A DNA stretch of 64,000 bases from Cyanophora paradoxa CCMP329 (lineage: Eukaryota; Plantae; Glaucophyta). The notes below the pieces were generated by a model that was not told the origin of the DNA, made no database searches, and saw nothing but the letters and a program-made list of their open reading frames with translations. Where the stretch lies: positions 1 through 64,000 of the forward strand of contig QPMI01000490.1 in assembly GCA_004431415.1 (NCBI GenBank), written 5' to 3'. The position numbers and the translations under genes were made by a program. Of the stretch, positions 61,001 through 64,000 are shown one piece after another (positions within the stretch are counted from its first letter, which is position 1; each line of letters opens with the position of its first letter).

Positions 61001-64000
61001 TGTCGCTGGGCCGGGTTTCGGCGTACGTTCTGTCCGACCTCTTGCATCGTCTGCGGCGCCTGCTGAGCGCGTCGCTGCCGCGCAGCTCGTTGAGGGCCGC
61101 TGGGTGGAGGGGCGTCGCAACTCGTTCTTCGTGCTTTGCGACGAGGTCGTCCGCTACCGGTGCGCGCTGTGGGGTGTGTTGTTTTGCTTCAAAGCTCGGA
61201 GAGCGTGGGCACGCAGGCGGCCCGGTGCCTTTGAGAGCGGGATTGGAGGCGTGGAGAATGGAAGGATGCGCCTGCTTCCGAGTGATTGGCAGCCTAAGTG
61301 CGCCTTCGTGCCCGCTGCTCCTCGTGCGGTGCATGACACGCTCAACCTCTGCGCGCAGCGCGTGGGACTGGTACAGCGTCGCCGCCGCCGTCTACAAGGG
61401 CGGGAGCCTCTTTATTGTCCGCGAGCACAACCGTTGGGGCACGAACAACGAGTGCCCCCCATTCCCCGTCCACGGTGAGTGCTGTGTCTTCCGCAGAGTC
61501 TAGCTCTTCGCGCAATCACAGCGGACCTGCAGGAATATACCCCGTTTGGGCCGAACATGGAGGGCGCATGCGGCGCTGGGCCTGCCGCGCACTCGGCGGG
61601 CCCGCGCTTGGGGAACTCCTCAAGGCGCGCTCCCCTCGTCTAGATCTAGACACTTGCGTCCGCTCGTTTCATGGCCGGTAGTGAGCGAAGCACGCGCGCG
61701 CAGATCGACAACGTGGACAGTGCCGACTTCTCCGGCCCCTTCCGCGTCGTTCTCCCCGCGTTCCCCACCCAGACCATGCGCGCCCTGTTCTGGCCGCTCT
61801 GCGTGCCTATCGGTCCCTGTTTGATGGCGTTGCGCAGGGGGGGATTCGTGATTGCGGATGTCTGGTGCCCTCCCTTTCTCTTCAGAGCACTCAGATGTAC
61901 ATGTGAACCTGGCTCACGCGAGATTTCGCAGGGCCGCCACGGGGCCGGAGGCCGGCTGGTGCGGCAACTGGTATGTGTCATGCAAGAAGGGGATGGACCC
62001 GACAATTATGCCCTACCCCGAAACCGACTATATCGTTTTCTACTCGAAGAGCCCGTGCGCTCGGATCGAAAACAGCTGCATTACCCTTGCCCGCATCCAA
62101 TGTCGCTGACGCCGCCCCAGGGCTTACATCACGAAGGTCCACTGCAGCTGTTATTGCGCCTGGCCTGCGGCACATACTTCGTGTCTTTCTAAGAGCTCTC
62201 CGTTATGCGCAGGTCTACACGAACTGCCCCGTGGGCAGCGTGCGCGATTTTTGTGCTGCGGCTTAGACTCTTCTGCGGTACGTCTTGACCCCGCGTGCGA
62301 ATGCGGCGCAGCATTTCAACAACGACTCGATTGCTGGGGAGGCTGTGGGGCCGAGCTGCGTCCCCATTCGACCGGGCCTTCACTCCAACAAGTCCGGCCT
62401 TCTGAGCGCCGCGGAGGCCGATCCGTGCCCCGCCGGCACCTTCTCCCTCGGCGGGACCTCGGGCTGCCAGGTGCAAGCTCGAGGGCAGCCTTCAGTTAAA
62501 CGCTGCCGCCTCTGTCCGGCCGCCCGCCGGCGCCAACCCCCCGCGCGCCTCTCGCAGCCGTGCCCCGCCGGCTCATACAGCGCCCCCGGCTCAGCATCCT
62601 GCTACGGTCCGTCAATCTAGCGCGTGCAAGATTCATATTATTGTGTTCCTCACGCGCCGCAGACTGCCCTCAAAACACATATTCGATCACACCGGGCTCG
62701 CCCTGCAAGCCTTGGTGCCCCACCTCCTCGCACGAAATCCACCGTACCATCCCTCACGGACCGTGCTCGCGATCGCCTTCGACAGTGCGAACAACTCGTT
62801 CACGCAAACCGAGCGCTGGACATCCGGTGCCCGCCCACCGTCGCCGCGCGCGTCATCCCCGCGCCCGTGTTCATGAGCGTCGCCACGGGTGCAGAGTGCC
62901 AGACGTGCCCGCCGGGCATGTACCTGCAGTACACGGGGGCTGCTGTCTGCACGCCCTGCCCGCCTCTGACCTACAGTGCTCGAGGTACTTTCGTACCCGT
63001 CCCGTCTCTATTCCAGTCGCACCATGCCTAAAGGGGCACAGGAACCCTCGGGTCCTGCAGCACGTGCCCCCCCGGGCAGGTGCCCAGTGTGGACGGCTCT
63101 CGCTGCGTGGATTGGTATCTTCTCTTTTGCTTCGCTCGGCTCTTTGGCTTGCTTTCGGCTCATACCGTTTTGTGCAGTCCGGCAGGGATGTACCAGCCGA
63201 ACAATGAGACAGGGTGCTTGTACTGCCCCTGGCTGACCTATTCCGCTGCCGGCGCATTCGGCAGCTGCACGCCCTGCCCGCCCGGTCAGCTGCAGCTCAA
63301 ATAATATTTGTACCCGCGTTCTAAACCTCGTCCGCAGGGTCGACGAGTCTTGAAGACGGGACGGAGTGCCGGCCCTGCGGGAAAGGCATGAAGGAGGAGG
63401 GCGGCATCTGCAAGCCCTGCGTCGGCAACACGTACAACCCGGAGCGCTACTCGACAGTCTGCCTCAGCTGGTTCGCATCTCTTTGATTCCCGTGCCTCGA
63501 CACCTCAGCTCGCGCTGCTCGTGCCTCGAGCACCTCGGCTGGCGCCGCTTGACGGTTCTGGTGCTGCCAGCCCGGACGGGTTCCAGGCGAGTGCGGACCA
63601 GGAGTCGTGCCAGGGCTGCCTCCCGGGCTTCTTCCGCTCGGGCAACATGTCCGCCTGCACGCAGTGCCCCCCGCAGGTGCCCCCGCACCAGCTTTGTCTC
63701 TCGCCTTGCAAGTCCCTCACGGCCCGTGGCCGTGCAGACCTTCAGCACCGGCGGCTCGGGCCACTGCAGGGCGTGCCCCCCCGGCACTGTCTCTACCCCC
63801 GAGCGGTCCGCTCTTCCCGCCCTCTTGCGCGGCGCCGGCGCCAACGAGTGCCCGCGCGAAGGACGGCCTGCGTGGACTGCAGGGCTGGCTTTTACGAGAG
63901 CAACGGCACTTGCATCGAGTGCGAATCTAACGTGAACTTGCGACGCAGCCTGCAGACCGTTCTTGATCTCGATTGGCAGGTGCCCCGACAACAGCGTGAC
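58088..64000 (+). CDS. Multi-exon secreted or surface protein with tandem Cys-rich TNFR/GCC2-GCC3 (ephrin-receptor-like) repeats; incomplete at 3' end
   Basis: Signal-like SAILGVLVLAVALAGPAFA (about 58283-58340). From about 62420: CPAGTFSLGGTSGCQ, CPAGSYSAPGSASC, CQTCPPGMYLQYTGAAVCTPCPPLTYS, GMYQPNNETGCLYCPWLTYSAAGAFGSCTPCPPG in short exons. Confidence 0.8.

Overview
Eukaryotic, GC-rich, intron-rich genomic DNA (short GT-AG introns; probably an alga or protist, taxon not determinable). It has five zones. (1) About 1-21.2 kb is an accessory region of orphan, duplicated or degenerate genes. It holds an intact spliced divergent histone H3 variant, a spliced nucleotidyltransferase resembling giant-virus/phage class II-like enzymes, a SAM-like protein with SUMO-interacting motifs, and an NLS/acidic-tail protein with a paralog at the window start. 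Most of this zone (2971-21135) lies between two inverted copies of a 25-bp palindrome, so it is a candidate large cargo-carrying mobile element; I found no transposase and no target-site duplication (TSD). (2) About 21.2-26.2 kb is palindrome-rich intergenic DNA with four hAT-type MITEs, each with an exact 8-bp TSD. (3) 26295-34097 is a full-length L1/Tx1-clade LINE with a 15-bp TSD, a 3' UUCG stem-loop plus poly(A), and an unusual C-terminal extension (C2H2 finger, two YxLR motifs). (4) About 34.85-54.55 kb on the minus strand is a giant multi-exon type I membrane protein gene with FN3 and Kelch-like modules. (5) After another palindrome-rich spacer, a divergently oriented gene for a secreted or surface protein with Cys-rich TNFR/GCC2-GCC3-like repeats runs off the window end. 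Many 1-bp frameshifts in otherwise intact-looking ORFs may be assembly errors. All domain calls are motif recognition by eye, not database results.
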